64,000 nucleotides of DNA. Source: an uncultured delta proteobacterium (GTDB lineage: Bacteria; Myxococcota; B64-G9). Below, one piece after another: positions 29,681 through 40,235 of the stretch; position 1 is the first letter of the stretch; the number at the start of each line of letters is the position of its first letter. A program made the translations under genes and the position numbers. Under the pieces are notes generated by a model. The model searched no databases and was not told the DNA's origin. It saw only the letters and a program-made list of their open reading frames with translations. The stretch lies in NCBI GenBank assembly GCA_963754925.1, contig CAVWHX010000003.1:352001-416000 (forward strand), read 5' to 3'.

Positions 29681-31240
29681 TTATTTTGCCGGGCGATCAG
29701 CGGGCGAGGTTGGTTCGAGGTACCCGACCTTCTCGTAGGTCATGCCGGCCGATTGTAGCTGTGGTTCGACCTCTTCGGCCCTGCCCACGATTACCATGCA
29801 CAGGTTTTCGTCCGATAGGCGATTCTTGGCGGCCGCAATGCCTTGTTCCAGTCCGACGGCCGCAATCGCAACCGGGTAGTCGCGAACGAAAGCTTCGGTC
29901 AAACCGTGCAACTCGGCTTCCAAGAAGGCCGCGGCCACCGACTCGGCCGTCTCGAACTGCAATGGGTACTTCCCGGCCATGTTGGCCTGGGCATCGGCGA
30001 GTTCCTCTGCGGTCGGACCGGAAAGGCGCATCTTTTTAAGTTCGTCCAGGACAAGTCTCACGGTGGGGAGCGTCTCAGCATTGCGGGTGAAGGTATGGAT
30101 CTCGAACGTTCCTCGATTGGCTTCGGCCTCGAAGCGTGAGGACGCTCCGTAAGTCTTGCCGCCTTCCGAGCGTATGACCTTCATTAAGCGCGATGAAAAG
30201 AGCCCTCCCCCCAGGGTGTAGTTCATCAGTGAGGAGGCCAGAAAGTCTGGATCCGCGTGAAAGATCCCCAGGTGCCCGATGATGATGCGGGATTGTGTTT
30301 GGTCGGGTTTGTCGACCAAGCGAATGTTCACACCGTGCAGGATGGGTTCGGTATAGGTCTTGTGCTTGGGGAGTTTTTTAGGCTTCCACTCCTGAAAGGC
30401 CTGTTTGAGTTGCCGCTGCACCGCGGCGGCGTTGACATCGCCGGCAACCGCCAGGATCGATCCGTTAGGCGCAAAATGCGTCGTCTGCCAGTCGATTAAG
30501 TCCTTGCGCTTGATGGCGGACACGGTTTGAACCGTCACCGGCCAACCGCGGACATGTTTTTCGCCCCAGAGTACGTTTTGGAAATGCTCTTCGGCGAGGG
30601 CGCGATCGTCATCGCGAACTTGTTTGACCGAAGTGATTAACTGATCGCGCACCGATGCCATTTCTTTCTGGGGAAAGGTCGGCTTGACGACCATCTCCGA
30701 CATGAGGTTAAGACACGTTTGCAACTCCTTGGACAACACTTGGCAGGTTACGTGGGTGCCGTCTTGGTCCGCCCATGTCCGCAGACTGCCGCCGGCGGTG
30801 TCGATGGCCTCGGCAATCTGATCGGCGCTCAGGCGCTTGGTTCCCTTGGTCAGCATTTGAGCGACAAACGAAGCGAGCGACCGCAGCTTCCGCGTCTCAT
30901 CAAGGGTGCTGCCCGGAAGCACGAGGTGCAGGTTGATAAGCGGCCAGGTGCGATCCGCAATCACCCGAATCTTCAAGCCGTTGTTCAACGTGGCGCGCAC
31001 GACCGCGGGAAGATGCACCGGACCGGGTTTTGCAGCGGGCGGAGCTTGGATGAGATCGCTTGGGTTTTTCCATGGATTATCCGCGGCGGTCGCCTGGCCT
31101 GGTGCAAGCGCCGGCGCCGCTTCTGGCTTGGTCGAATTGAGAGGCCCCGGAGCGGTGTGGGCCTGTTTGGACAGGCAGCTGAAAAAACCAACCGCGATGA
31201 TCAGCAACCCCAGGATGTTTTGCATGCGTTGCGCGTTCAT
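29681..31240 (-). CDS. M16 peptidase, non-catalytic subunit (lipoprotein)
   Basis: LNNGL, MLTKGT without HxxEH, LGGGLFSSRL; lipobox FFSC. Confidence 0.85.
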   Translation of the reverse strand: MNAQRMQNILGLLIIAVGFFSCLSKQAHTAPGPLNSTKPEAAPALAPGQATAADNPWKNPSDLIQAPPAAKPGPVHLPAVVRATLNNGLKIRVIADRTWPLINLHLVLPGSTLDETRKLRSLASFVAQMLTKGTKRLSADQIAEAIDTAGGSLRTWADQDGTHVTCQVLSKELQTCLNLMSEMVVKPTFPQKEMASVRDQLITSVKQVRDDDRALAEEHFQNVLWGEKHVRGWPVTVQTVSAIKRKDLIDWQTTHFAPNGSILAVAGDVNAAAVQRQLKQAFQEWKPKKLPKHKTYTEPILHGVNIRLVDKPDQTQSRIIIGHLGIFHADPDFLASSLMNYTLGGGLFSSRLMKVIRSEGGKTYGASSRFEAEANRGTFEIHTFTRNAETLPTVRLVLDELKKMRLSGPTAEELADAQANMAGKYPLQFETAESVAAAFLEAELHGLTEAFVRDYPVAIAAVGLEQGIAAAKNRLSDENLCMVIVGRAEEVEPQLQSAGMTYEKVGYLEPTSPADRPAK

Positions 31241-32613
31241 TGGCCACCCTCCCCCGCGCCTGCTCCTTTGGGCGGAATACGCACCAGCGTCAGCTGTTCG
31301 GGCACGAAATGGCTTTGTGCCACCCGTTGAATATCGGCGGCCGTAACCGCCATCAAGCGGTCATAGTCAGTCAACCACGCTCGCGCGTCGCCACGCTTTA
31401 CCAGGGAATCCCCGATTTGAAATGCGAGCATAGAAACCTCCTGCAACCCCACGACAAACTTGGTGGCGAGTTGGTTTTTGGCTTTGGCGAGCTCTCGATC
31501 GCCCACCGGGGTTTTGCGAAGTTTGCTTGCCTCGTCAAGCAGGTCGGCCTCCACCACGACGCCTTGTGGAGGGACGAGATACGCGCTGTACACCAGCATC
31601 AAGCCGGGATCTTCCAAATCCATCAATTCCACCCCGGTAAACACGCCCGCCTTGTCCGTGCGCACGATGCGTTGATGCAACCGTGACGAATCGCCGTCTG
31701 AGAGAATGCTCGCCAGCACTTGGAGCGGGATGAGATCCTCGGATCGTGCCGCTGGAATTTTGTAGCCGCCGATAAGCACGCCGATCTGCGCCGGATCGAC
31801 CTGTTCGTGGTGCTCTGCCTGCTGCACCGGTTCAGGATACTCCTTGGCCGGCCGCGGCGGGGAAGCGGCCCGCGGGATAGCGCCAAAGTGCGCCTCGGCC
31901 GCCGAACGCACTTGTTCTTCGCCGACGTCGCCGACGACGATCAAAGAAGCGTTATTGGGTTGGTAGTACGTATGGTAGAAGCGTTCGAGATCGGCGGGCG
32001 TGGTCGCATCGAGATCGGCAATCCGGCCGCCGGCGTCCCACGCGTACGGGTGGCGCATAAATGCGATCTCACGGAGCCGTTCGAACGCCTTGGCAATGGG
32101 GTGGTTCTCACGCTGGCGGATTTCCTCTTTGACGACCTCGCGCTCGGTGTTTATCATCTCGGGCCGAAAAAGCAGGTTCTGCATGCGCTCGGCCTCCAGC
32201 CGTACGGCGAAGTCGAGATATTCCTTCGGCAGCGTGTCGTGGTAAGCGGTCAGGTCTTCGGTGGTAAAGGCGTTCACCTCGCCGCCGAGACGATCGATCA
32301 GGCGCGCATGCTCCTCGGGCGGAACATGCGTGGTGCCTTTAAACATCATATGCTCGAACATATGAGCCGATCCGCGCCGGTCACGGGGCTCGTCTTTCGA
32401 TCCGGCGTGATACCAAACCTGAACCGTAACCACCGGGGTCTTGTGGACGCCGACATAAATTACGTTCATCCCGTTCGCGAGTGTCCATTCCTTGATCTCA
32501 GGTTTGGGAAAACCGGCCGCTTTTTTCTCGCCGGAGGCCGCCCACACCGGTAGTGCGATAACCACTATCCAACACATCAGTGCCCCTGCCCGGTGCCGGT
32601 GTCGATTGCGCAT
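31237..32613 (-). CDS. M16 zinc peptidase, catalytic subunit
   Basis: AHMFEHMMFKGT (HxxEH), NAFT, EREVVKEE. Confidence 0.9.
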   Translation of the reverse strand: MRNRHRHRAGALMCWIVVIALPVWAASGEKKAAGFPKPEIKEWTLANGMNVIYVGVHKTPVVTVQVWYHAGSKDEPRDRRGSAHMFEHMMFKGTTHVPPEEHARLIDRLGGEVNAFTTEDLTAYHDTLPKEYLDFAVRLEAERMQNLLFRPEMINTEREVVKEEIRQRENHPIAKAFERLREIAFMRHPYAWDAGGRIADLDATTPADLERFYHTYYQPNNASLIVVGDVGEEQVRSAAEAHFGAIPRAASPPRPAKEYPEPVQQAEHHEQVDPAQIGVLIGGYKIPAARSEDLIPLQVLASILSDGDSSRLHQRIVRTDKAGVFTGVELMDLEDPGLMLVYSAYLVPPQGVVVEADLLDEASKLRKTPVGDRELAKAKNQLATKFVVGLQEVSMLAFQIGDSLVKRGDARAWLTDYDRLMAVTAADIQRVAQSHFVPEQLTLVRIPPKGAGAGEGGQ

Positions 32614-32639
32614 TACTCCTCCTTATTCAAATCCACTCG

Positions 32640-33300
32640 TTAGGGTGCGTGCGCACTGGATTCAAGCCACGAATTCAGCTCGCCGTATACTTTCTCGACC
32701 TGTACGCGCTCGCGGAAGCGATCCGTATATCGAAAATTCAGCGCCTGGAGGCGGTGAACTAGTTCAAACGGCGATGGTCTTCCTTCCTTGCGGGAGCGTT
32801 TGACAGCCTGCAGAATGATCTTCTTTGCTGAGCGTGGATGAAGGAGAAACGCTCCGGGAGAAAACACCAATTTATTATCGAGGGGAATGAGACGCGCCTC
32901 AAGGATATCGCCTTTTTGCAAACCGATGACGTGACGTCGTTCGATGACTGATACGATCTCTCCGGTGAAAAGATCGCGCAAACCCAACCGCCCGGCTCCC
33001 AGTTTTAACCTCAAAGAGGCTGTTGATATTCCCGGCCATGCCGATGAACCGTGCGCGCTCTTCGGGCGCCAGTTCGGCACGGCGTACAAAGATCTGTAAC
33101 GGCGTTCCCTGGCCGCTGTCCATCGGTCGGTCGAAGACATACCAATTGAGAAAACAAAAGGTCAGCCGCTCGTACGATGGATCATCCTCGCGCAGGTCTT
33201 GAATCTGCTTGAAATACTCTTGGCGGGCGCGCTTGACCTCTTCTTCAAAGACGCCCCCCGCCATCTCAACCACAATCTGATCAATTGGGGTTTGCTCCAT
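32640..33300 (-). CDS. Conserved hypothetical protein with a +1 frameshift at 33003-33006
   Basis: Removing one A joins ...NSLFEVK to LGAGRLGLRDLFTGE...; WYVFDRP, GDILEARL and HP segments. Confidence 0.7.
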
Positions 33301-33313
33301 AATCGTTACCTCC

Positions 33314-34630
33314 CTACTCTCGACCGTGAGCCTGGTGGCTCATCGGGCGACCATCAATCACGGTGTATCGAGCTCTTCCCCGCAACCGCCACCCAGAAAA
33401 CGGCGTATTGGCCGACCGGGACTGTAATCGGCGCGGCACAACGGTCCAGTACCGGTCCGGATCCCAGACGCAAAGGTCTGCGGCGGCGCCGGGCCGAAGG
33501 GTGCCGGCGTCGATACGCAATATTGTCGCGGGGCCGGCGGTCACCAATTCCACCGCACGCATGAGGGTTAGCTTTCGCTGCCAAACCAGGGAGAGCAGGA
33601 GGGGAAAAGCTGTCTCAAGCCCGATCATCCCAAAGGGAGCCGCCAAGAAATCCTGGCTTTTCGCGCTGCGCGTGTGTGGGGCATGATCGGTTGCCAGCGC
33701 GTCCACGGTTCCGTCAGCAAGCGCTTCCTGCAGGGCCCTCTGATCCCGGCGATCGCGCAGGGGCGGGTTAACCTTAAAGTTGGGATCCGGGCCCGTCTCC
33801 TGGCTGATCACGGGAATATCCGCATCCGCCAAGAATAGGTGGTGCGGCGTGACCTCACAGGTTACCGATAATCCCTGTTTCTTTGCCGCGCGGATCGCGT
33901 TCAGCGCTCTTTGGGTACTCACGTGTTGTATATGGAGCCGACCACCATTGGCTCGTAGCAATGCCACATCGCGCCGGACGCGCACCCATTCGGCGGCGGT
34001 CGAATATCCCGGCAACCCGAACGAGTCCGCCAGCCGACCGGCGTTCATGACGCCGCCGTTGCTCAACCGATGGTCTTCGCAGTGGACCAGTACCGGCAGG
34101 CCGACACGCGCTGTCTGTCGCAGCGCCCAAGCCAGCACCGAGCCCCTACGCGTGCCTTTTCCATCATCGGTGAGCGCGCCGGCGCCAGCCTGGATAAGCG
34201 CCTGGATATCTGTTGACTTTTGTCCTTCAAGTCCAACCGAAAGCGCTGCAGTCGGGGTTACCTTTATCAGCGCTCGACGTTTGATGCGGCCCAGGAGGTC
34301 GCGAACCCTCTCGGGACGATCGAGGACGGGATTGGTGTTCGGCATACACACCACTCTCGTGAAACCACCCGCGGCCGCGGCCCGGGTGCCGCTCGCGATC
34401 GATTCAGCCCTTACGTTTCCGGGCTCACGGAGATGGACGTGCAGATCAATCAAACCGGGTAACACCCACAGTCCCCGCGCGTCGATCACCGTGGCCGACT
34501 TCGGTACGCGGCTGCGGCGGCCGGCAAGCTCGAGAATACGGCCCTGCTCGATCACGACGTCGAGTTTCTTATCAAGCTTTTGAACCGGATCGATCACCCG
34601 TCCATTTCGGATTATCAGCAATGCCACCAC
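33314..34630 (-). CDS. pyrC: Dihydroorotase
   Basis: DLHVHLREPG, MPNTNPV, EVTPHHL, KVNPPLR, TDHAPH. Confidence 0.92.
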   Translation of the reverse strand: MVALLIIRNGRVIDPVQKLDKKLDVVIEQGRILELAGRRSRVPKSATVIDARGLWVLPGLIDLHVHLREPGNVRAESIASGTRAAAAGGFTRVVCMPNTNPVLDRPERVRDLLGRIKRRALIKVTPTAALSVGLEGQKSTDIQALIQAGAGALTDDGKGTRRGSVLAWALRQTARVGLPVLVHCEDHRLSNGGVMNAGRLADSFGLPGYSTAAEWVRVRRDVALLRANGGRLHIQHVSTQRALNAIRAAKKQGLSVTCEVTPHHLFLADADIPVISQETGPDPNFKVNPPLRDRRDQRALQEALADGTVDALATDHAPHTRSAKSQDFLAAPFGMIGLETAFPLLLSLVWQRKLTLMRAVELVTAGPATILRIDAGTLRPGAAADLCVWDPDRYWTVVPRRLQSRSANTPFSGWRLRGRARYTVIDGRPMSHQAHGRE

Positions 34631-34789
34631 TCAGCTTTCCCTGCCGCGAACTGAAACGTCAACCGCGTATAAAAAAAACGAGATACCATCAACCCGCAGG
34701 AAATGCGGCAAACCCGCCTTAATCGTTTGTAACCGGAAACCCTCATGAAAAATATTTAAACCATTATTACAAAAAATGGAAAACTTTTA

Positions 34790-35542
34790 TTATTTGTTAC
34801 CGGGGGATCGCGGCGGAGCCCTGTCAGAAGGAAGAATAATTTCCCAATCGGTCCTGGTAATGGGGGGGCCTGCTTCCGGTTGCGACACGATATCCTGATA
34901 CCCCGGGTCGCCCCTATACCGGCGAGTCCGAGCGGACATCTCCTCGGCGTTGGCCATGAACATCATAAAGAATGCAAGCAGCAGCAACCACAGTGAATAG
35001 AAAGCGCCGATCACGGCAAGCACCAGGGCCAGGTAGCGCGCCACGCGAGCTGCGATGCTCGTGGCACGGTAATATCCCATCTTTCGCGCGAGATAGGCGC
35101 GCAGGACGCGGCCGCCATCCATCGGCAGCGCGGGAATTAAGTTAAAAACTTCCAGCATCATATTTATCTCGGTCAATACCAAAAACGCTGTTTTATCGCT
35201 CAGCCATCCTACCAACAAAAAAAATACCCCCAGCGCCACGCTCACCACCGGACCGGCGATGGCCATGCGGATTTCTTCCGCAGCCGTACGCGGAGGCACC
35301 AGCATGCGCGCCATACCGCCAAACGGGTACAGCGATATATCGATGATGGGCAGTCCCACCGAACGAGCCACCAGGGCATGGCCTAATTCATGAGCAATAA
35401 CCGAGGCAAATACCGCAACGATCAAAAGCAATCCAAACCATCCGCCTCCCCACGTGAATATAATCCCGAGAAAAAACAAAAGGGTTACATGTACTCGAAT
35501 CGGAAAACCCAGCAGCGAACCTATTCGAAACGACCACGGCAT
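34790..35542 (-). CDS. Site-2 protease (M50)
   Basis: HELGH, AGP, FNLIPALPMDGGR; likely ATG at 35542. Confidence 0.88.
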   Translation of the reverse strand: MPWSFRIGSLLGFPIRVHVTLLFFLGIIFTWGGGWFGLLLIVAVFASVIAHELGHALVARSVGLPIIDISLYPFGGMARMLVPPRTAAEEIRMAIAGPVVSVALGVFFLLVGWLSDKTAFLVLTEINMMLEVFNLIPALPMDGGRVLRAYLARKMGYYRATSIAARVARYLALVLAVIGAFYSLWLLLLAFFMMFMANAEEMSARTRRYRGDPGYQDIVSQPEAGPPITRTDWEIILPSDRAPPRSPGNK

Positions 35543-35661
35543 TTGACCCCTCTTCACCAACATTATAGTTCTTTGGCATCCCGAAGCAATTCAATCTCTT
35601 GCTCGTTTTGTACCTTCATGGTAGAAGGTCGTGCTTTGAAGGTAGTATGAGGGAGTAATCG

Positions 35662-37119
35662 ATGGCAGAAGGGAATGACGAAAAAGGCGAACGAGGAAAG
35701 AAGGAAATTGAAGAGGCCGAACGAGCCGAGTTTCTCGCCGCCATGGAGCAGGATTTTGACGCCGTCCCAACCGACCAAGGAGAGATGGTCAAAGGCGTCA
35801 TCCTTTCGATCGGTAAAGATTTCGCGTTCGTTGATCTTGGCGGTAAGAGCGAAGGCACCATAGCAGTCGATGAGCTTCGTAATGAAGACGGCACGCTTCC
35901 GCCGATCGGTTCTCATATAGAAGCCTGCGTTCTGTCTCAGGGGGCGGACGGCCTGGTGTTGAGCAAGCGGCTCGCCAAAGGCATCCGCTCGCGCGAACAC
36001 CTCGGCGAGGCTTTCCGCAACAAGATCCCGGTTGAAGGTCGTGTGATCTCACGCAACAAGGGTGGCTTTGATATCGAAGTTGCCGGCGTGCGCGGCTTCT
36101 GCGCGATCAGCCAAATCGAGCTGCGTTTCTGCGAGGAACCGGACTCCCACCTCGGTAAGCGGTATAACTTCCTCATCACGAAATTCGAAACCGTTGGCCG
36201 GCGACAGGATCTCGTGCTTTCCCGCCGCACCATATTGGAGGCCGAGGCACGAAAGCGCGCCGAGGAACTCCGCAAGACTCTTAAGGTGGGCGATATTCTC
36301 CCGGGCACCGTGCGGAACATCCGCGATTTTGGCGCCTTTATCGACCTCGGCGGGATCGACGGCATGCTGCCCGTATCGGAGTTGTCCTACGCTCGGGTCA
36401 ACCATCCCCGCGATGTTCTGAAAGAGGGTGAAGAGATCCACGTTCAGGTACTCGGCATCGAGCGCGGCGGCGAGCGCATCACCCTCAGCCTCAAGCGCCT
36501 CGAGGCCGACCCGTGGGAGGACGCCGTGCGCGCTTTTCCGGTGGGGTTTCGAGCCACGGGCGTTGTTTCCAAGCTGGCGCCCTTTGGGGCTTTTGTCGAG
36601 CTTCTGCCGGGTGTGGATGGACTGATTCACATCTCCAACTTGAATGCTCCGGAGCGGATAACCCATCCCGAAGCAATCGTGAAAGAGGGCCAAGAGGTAC
36701 AGGTTGAGGTGCTTACGATCGACCCTTCTCAGCGCCGGATTGGCCTCAAGCGCATTCCAGCCGAGGGTGAGTTCGGCAGCATTCCCCTGGTCGGGCAGGT
36801 CGTCGAGGGCACGGTCGATAAAGCCATGCCTTTTGGCGTCTTCGTCACCATCGGCCGAGGTCGAAAAGGTCTGGTGCCCAATAGCGAGCTGGGCACGCCC
36901 AAAAGCTCCGACACCAACAAACTGTTCCCGTCGGGCGCTCCGGTCAGGGCCTTGGTTCAGGAGGTAACCGATAACGGCAAAAAAATTCGGTTGAGTATCA
37001 AAGCCGCGGTGGAGGCCGAGGAACGAGCCGACTTCGAGGGCTTTATCGAAAATAAAAACACTGCCGCTCATGGCTTTGGCACGTTGGGGGATCTACTCAA
37101 AGGGAGGAATAAAACATGA
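35662..37119 (+). CDS. S1 RNA-binding repeat protein (RpsA-like paralog)
   Basis: Repeated [12 protein letters not shown] / [17 protein letters not shown]1 domains; C-terminal FGTLGDLL. Confidence 0.85.
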   Translation: MAEGNDEKGERGKKEIEEAERAEFLAAMEQDFDAVPTDQGEMVKGVILSIGKDFAFVDLGGKSEGTIAVDELRNEDGTLPPIGSHIEACVLSQGADGLVLSKRLAKGIRSREHLGEAFRNKIPVEGRVISRNKGGFDIEVAGVRGFCAISQIELRFCEEPDSHLGKRYNFLITKFETVGRRQDLVLSRRTILEAEARKRAEELRKTLKVGDILPGTVRNIRDFGAFIDLGGIDGMLPVSELSYARVNHPRDVLKEGEEIHVQVLGIERGGERITLSLKRLEADPWEDAVRAFPVGFRATGVVSKLAPFGAFVELLPGVDGLIHISNLNAPERITHPEAIVKEGQEVQVEVLTIDPSQRRIGLKRIPAEGEFGSIPLVGQVVEGTVDKAMPFGVFVTIGRGRKGLVPNSELGTPKSSDTNKLFPSGAPVRALVQEVTDNGKKIRLSIKAAVEAEERADFEGFIENKNTAAHGFGTLGDLLKGRNKT

Positions 37120-37682
37120 AAGGAGCGCTTATTATCATGCTGACATTCGCTTTCGCGGCGGTTAAGGATGCTTCGGCCGCCGAAAAAGACAACCCCGTGA
37201 TCGTGATAAAAACCAACAAGGGAGTGATTGAAGCCGAGCTATTCAAAGACAAGGCGCCCATCTCGGTCGAGAACGTTATTCAGTACATCAAGAGTAAATA
37301 CTACCATGGCACCGTCTTTCATCGGGTGATTCCCAACTTCATGATTCAAGGCGGCGGCTTCGATGCCAACCTTAAGCAAAAAGCCACCCGTGCGCCGATT
37401 AAGAACGAGGCCGCAAACGGCCTGAAGAACGAACGGGGCACCCTGGCCATGGCTCGCACGTCGGTAGTCGACTCGGCCACCTCGCAATTTTTCATTAATC
37501 TCAAAGACAACTCCTTCCTCGATCACGGCACGCGCGATTTCGGGTACGCCGTATTCGGCAAAGTGATTGCCGGAATGAACGTCGTCGATGCGATCGCGTC
37601 GGTGCGCACAGGCGCCAAAGGCCCTTTTAATCAGGATTGTCCCCTCGAGGATGTCGTCATCGAGTCGATACAGGTGAAATAA
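37116..37682 (+). CDS. ppiA: Cyclophilin-type peptidyl-prolyl isomerase, secreted
   Basis: [35 protein letters not shown]; signal peptide. Confidence 0.88.
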   Translation: MKGALIIMLTFAFAAVKDASAAEKDNPVIVIKTNKGVIEAELFKDKAPISVENVIQYIKSKYYHGTVFHRVIPNFMIQGGGFDANLKQKATRAPIKNEAANGLKNERGTLAMARTSVVDSATSQFFINLKDNSFLDHGTRDFGYAVFGKVIAGMNVVDAIASVRTGAKGPFNQDCPLEDVVIESIQVK

Positions 37683-37772
37683 GAGGCTGTTAGCGAGCGA
37701 AGCGAGCGTTACAGCCTCTTATCCCCGTCAGGGGATTAGAATTAGGTCAGAGCGAAGCGAACGCTACAACCT
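37679..37772. repeat. REP-like hairpin cluster between convergent genes; possible bidirectional terminator
   Basis: ATAAGAGGCTGT...ACAGCCTCTTAT stem around GCGAAGC; ATCCCC/GGGGAT hairpin; second GAGCGAAGCGA copy. Confidence 0.6.
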
Positions 37773-38939
37773 TTATAAGTTGCCGCGCGCCGTGTGGGTA
37801 TCGTCCAACTGCTTATCGAGCGTATCGCGGTGGGCGTTGAAAGCTTTCAGATCGTCGCCTTCCAGCTTCTGGCGGTACGTCTTATGCACCTTGAACGGAT
37901 TGAGCAGCCGCCCTGAGGAATCTTCAAGTTGATAATGCAAATGCGGGGCGGTCGAGTGGCCGGTGTTGCCGGTTAGAGCGATAACCGTGCCCGGTTGCAG
38001 CATCGACCCGGGCACGACCACGGGTAGAATTTGACTGAGATGTAAAAACGTCGCCTTGATGCCCTTATCCACAAAAAGCATCTCCAAGCAGTTGCCGTTC
38101 GCACGAGTCTGCCAGTTCCTTCGCAGCACTTGCGCCCGAAACGGATTGACCACTTCGGTCCCCATATCGGTTTTGAAATCCACCCCGCGGTGCCGAGCTC
38201 GCCCCGACAAATTGAGAAGCTCGGTGACCTGCTCATATTCCGCCAGGGGTCCATTTTCGAGCCGCTGTTCGATTTCGGTTCCGCCTTCGTCGTAGTAGCG
38301 ACCATAACGCCCGGCCGGCCGCTTGAAGAAATAGGTGCGAAACACCTGATTGGTTTTGCTGGTGACAAAACGCATGGCCAATACGCGCAGTTCACCAGGT
38401 CCGGTGGTGGGTTCGTACAGCACGGTCAGTCGGTCTCCGGGCAGCATATCGCGCCGCATGTTAACCCACCACAACAAGATGCGGCCGAGTTGGGCGGTCA
38501 GCAGATCGGCTTCACGAGCATCAAGCTTGCTCCCCAGGGTAGCGGCGAGGGAACCGGATATCGTTAAGTCGAGCCGGCGTATCTTCTTTGCCGCTGATTG
38601 AGCTTCCGGCGGCGTTGGCGGCGCAACCGGGGAGGCGGACGGCGCGGTTGATGACGCCGGCACCGGCGCCGGTGCGGGAGCCGGCGCGGCAGGAACCGGG
38701 CCACCGGTTGAATCAGCAGGCTGAGCTTCCTGCACGATATTCGCCGGCACGGAAGCAGCTCGTCCTTCCGCCGGCACGCGAGGGATCTCTTCAAACGCAG
38801 TGAAGCGACCCGCAAAGAACCCCGCCACCCCGCCGAGCAGCAGGCAGGCCACCAAGATAACGACGTACCAGACGCGGCTTGCCGAACGCCGGTCACCTAA
38901 CTTTGACACGGGATGTAGAACCGACACGGAATTCCCCAA
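37773..38939 (-). CDS. M23 peptidoglycan endopeptidase
   Basis: HRGVD, GNTGHSTAPHLHY; TM anchor and Pro/Ala linker. Confidence 0.88.
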   Translation of the reverse strand: MGNSVSVLHPVSKLGDRRSASRVWYVVILVACLLLGGVAGFFAGRFTAFEEIPRVPAEGRAASVPANIVQEAQPADSTGGPVPAAPAPAPAPVPASSTAPSASPVAPPTPPEAQSAAKKIRRLDLTISGSLAATLGSKLDAREADLLTAQLGRILLWWVNMRRDMLPGDRLTVLYEPTTGPGELRVLAMRFVTSKTNQVFRTYFFKRPAGRYGRYYDEGGTEIEQRLENGPLAEYEQVTELLNLSGRARHRGVDFKTDMGTEVVNPFRAQVLRRNWQTRANGNCLEMLFVDKGIKATFLHLSQILPVVVPGSMLQPGTVIALTGNTGHSTAPHLHYQLEDSSGRLLNPFKVHKTYRQKLEGDDLKAFNAHRDTLDKQLDDTHTARGNL

Positions 38940-38942
38940 CGG

Positions 38943-40160
38943 TTAGTGGTCAGCATGGATGACCCGGTTTCGACCGTTCTGTTTGGCCCGACCGAGGGCT
39001 TCGTTGGCCATTTGAACTATCCGCGCGGCATCGAGCCGCCCGGCTGGAAGCCATGCAACCCCAATGCTGACGGTAATCTCGCCCACCGAGCAACCGCCAA
39101 TTATATGGGTGGCTATATGCGTGCGTAGTTTTTCCGCCACCTGACCGCTTTCCTCCTCGGTAGCTCCGCCGGTGAGGAGTATTGCAAACTCTTCTCCCCC
39201 AAAGCGCGCGACCAGGTCCTCAGAACGAACGCGCTCCCGTAAGAGCGCGGCGAGTTCCCTAAGAACCAGATCGCCGCGATCGGAGCCGTGGTGGTGATTG
39301 CATTCTCGGAAATGATCTATGTCGAAGAGCAACAGCGAAAGCGATCGGTCGCTGAGCTCCGCGCGACTTATTTCCTGCGTCAAGCGCAACTCGAAGTGGC
39401 GCCGATTGAGCACCCCGGTCAGACCGTCGAGAGAAAGCATCTCTTTGTAGCGCTGGTGTATCCGCGCCCGATCAATGGCAATAGCCGCCAAGTTGCCTAA
39501 AATGGTTAGGTTGGAAAGTCGCTCATCGGTTATCGGACTTTTGGTGTAGGTATTGTCGGCCAGGATCACCCCTAACATGAGATCGTTGCTCATCACGGGA
39601 ACAACCGCCAGATTGGTTACGGTAAGCACCTGGCCACCGCCAGCCGGCGGCGGTTGATAAACAGCTCGTATCGTGTTGGAGAAAAATGGTTCTCGAGAAG
39701 CGGCGCATCGGGCGATGAGAGCCTGAACCAGAATGTCCTCGCCTTCATTGAGAGGCGGCACCGAGTTCGCCGTGAGAGGAACGATAAAACCGGTAAGGCG
39801 CTGGGCTAACACATGTTCCGAAGGGTTTTTGAGAGCGGCTTCGAAAGACTCAAACAGATAGGGCACGTTCAGCCGCTTGCCAGCCGTCCGCTTCCGCATA
39901 CGTTTGGCATCAGCTTCGCTCGCTGATCCCACTGCGGCCGAGGCATACAACTCTTTGCCATCGGGGCGAGCCAAAAAGAGAAACGCGCGGTCAAATCCAA
40001 GGCCATCTCCGTGAGTGATGCAGATGAGAATGCTGTAGAGGATAGGATCAAGATCCTGCTTCATCAGCATGGCCTGGGTGACAACAAGTTGGAGTTGTCG
40101 TTCCCTGAGTAACTGTTTCTCTCCTGCTGTGGCCATCTCAATTCCCCATGCACCGCCCAA
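38943..40160 (-). CDS. GAF-GGDEF diguanylate cyclase (start probably ATG of MATAG)
   Basis: DGLTGVLNRR, FDIDHF, RSED I-site, GGEEF. Confidence 0.88.
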   Translation of the reverse strand: MGGAWGIEMATAGEKQLLRERQLQLVVTQAMLMKQDLDPILYSILICITHGDGLGFDRAFLFLARPDGKELYASAAVGSASEADAKRMRKRTAGKRLNVPYLFESFEAALKNPSEHVLAQRLTGFIVPLTANSVPPLNEGEDILVQALIARCAASREPFFSNTIRAVYQPPPAGGGQVLTVTNLAVVPVMSNDLMLGVILADNTYTKSPITDERLSNLTILGNLAAIAIDRARIHQRYKEMLSLDGLTGVLNRRHFELRLTQEISRAELSDRSLSLLLFDIDHFRECNHHHGSDRGDLVLRELAALLRERVRSEDLVARFGGEEFAILLTGGATEEESGQVAEKLRTHIATHIIGGCSVGEITVSIGVAWLPAGRLDAARIVQMANEALGRAKQNGRNRVIHADH

Positions 40161-40235
40161 TACCCGCCGGTGCGTGTGCCAGCATAGCGACGAGCACTAT
40201 GATTGTCCAGACTTTATAGAACGGCAGCTGATTTG

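Noticed and set aside
34631..34789. Riboswitch or attenuator upstream of pyrC (GGCAAACC, short hairpin, A8 tract)
   Set aside because: Lacks the GAAA loop and GCAAA elements of c-di-GMP-I and any clear PyrR motif; would need an Rfam scan
37679..37722. Solitary attC site
   Set aside because: Shares the GCGAAGC loop with attC1 but lacks correctly placed R and L boxes
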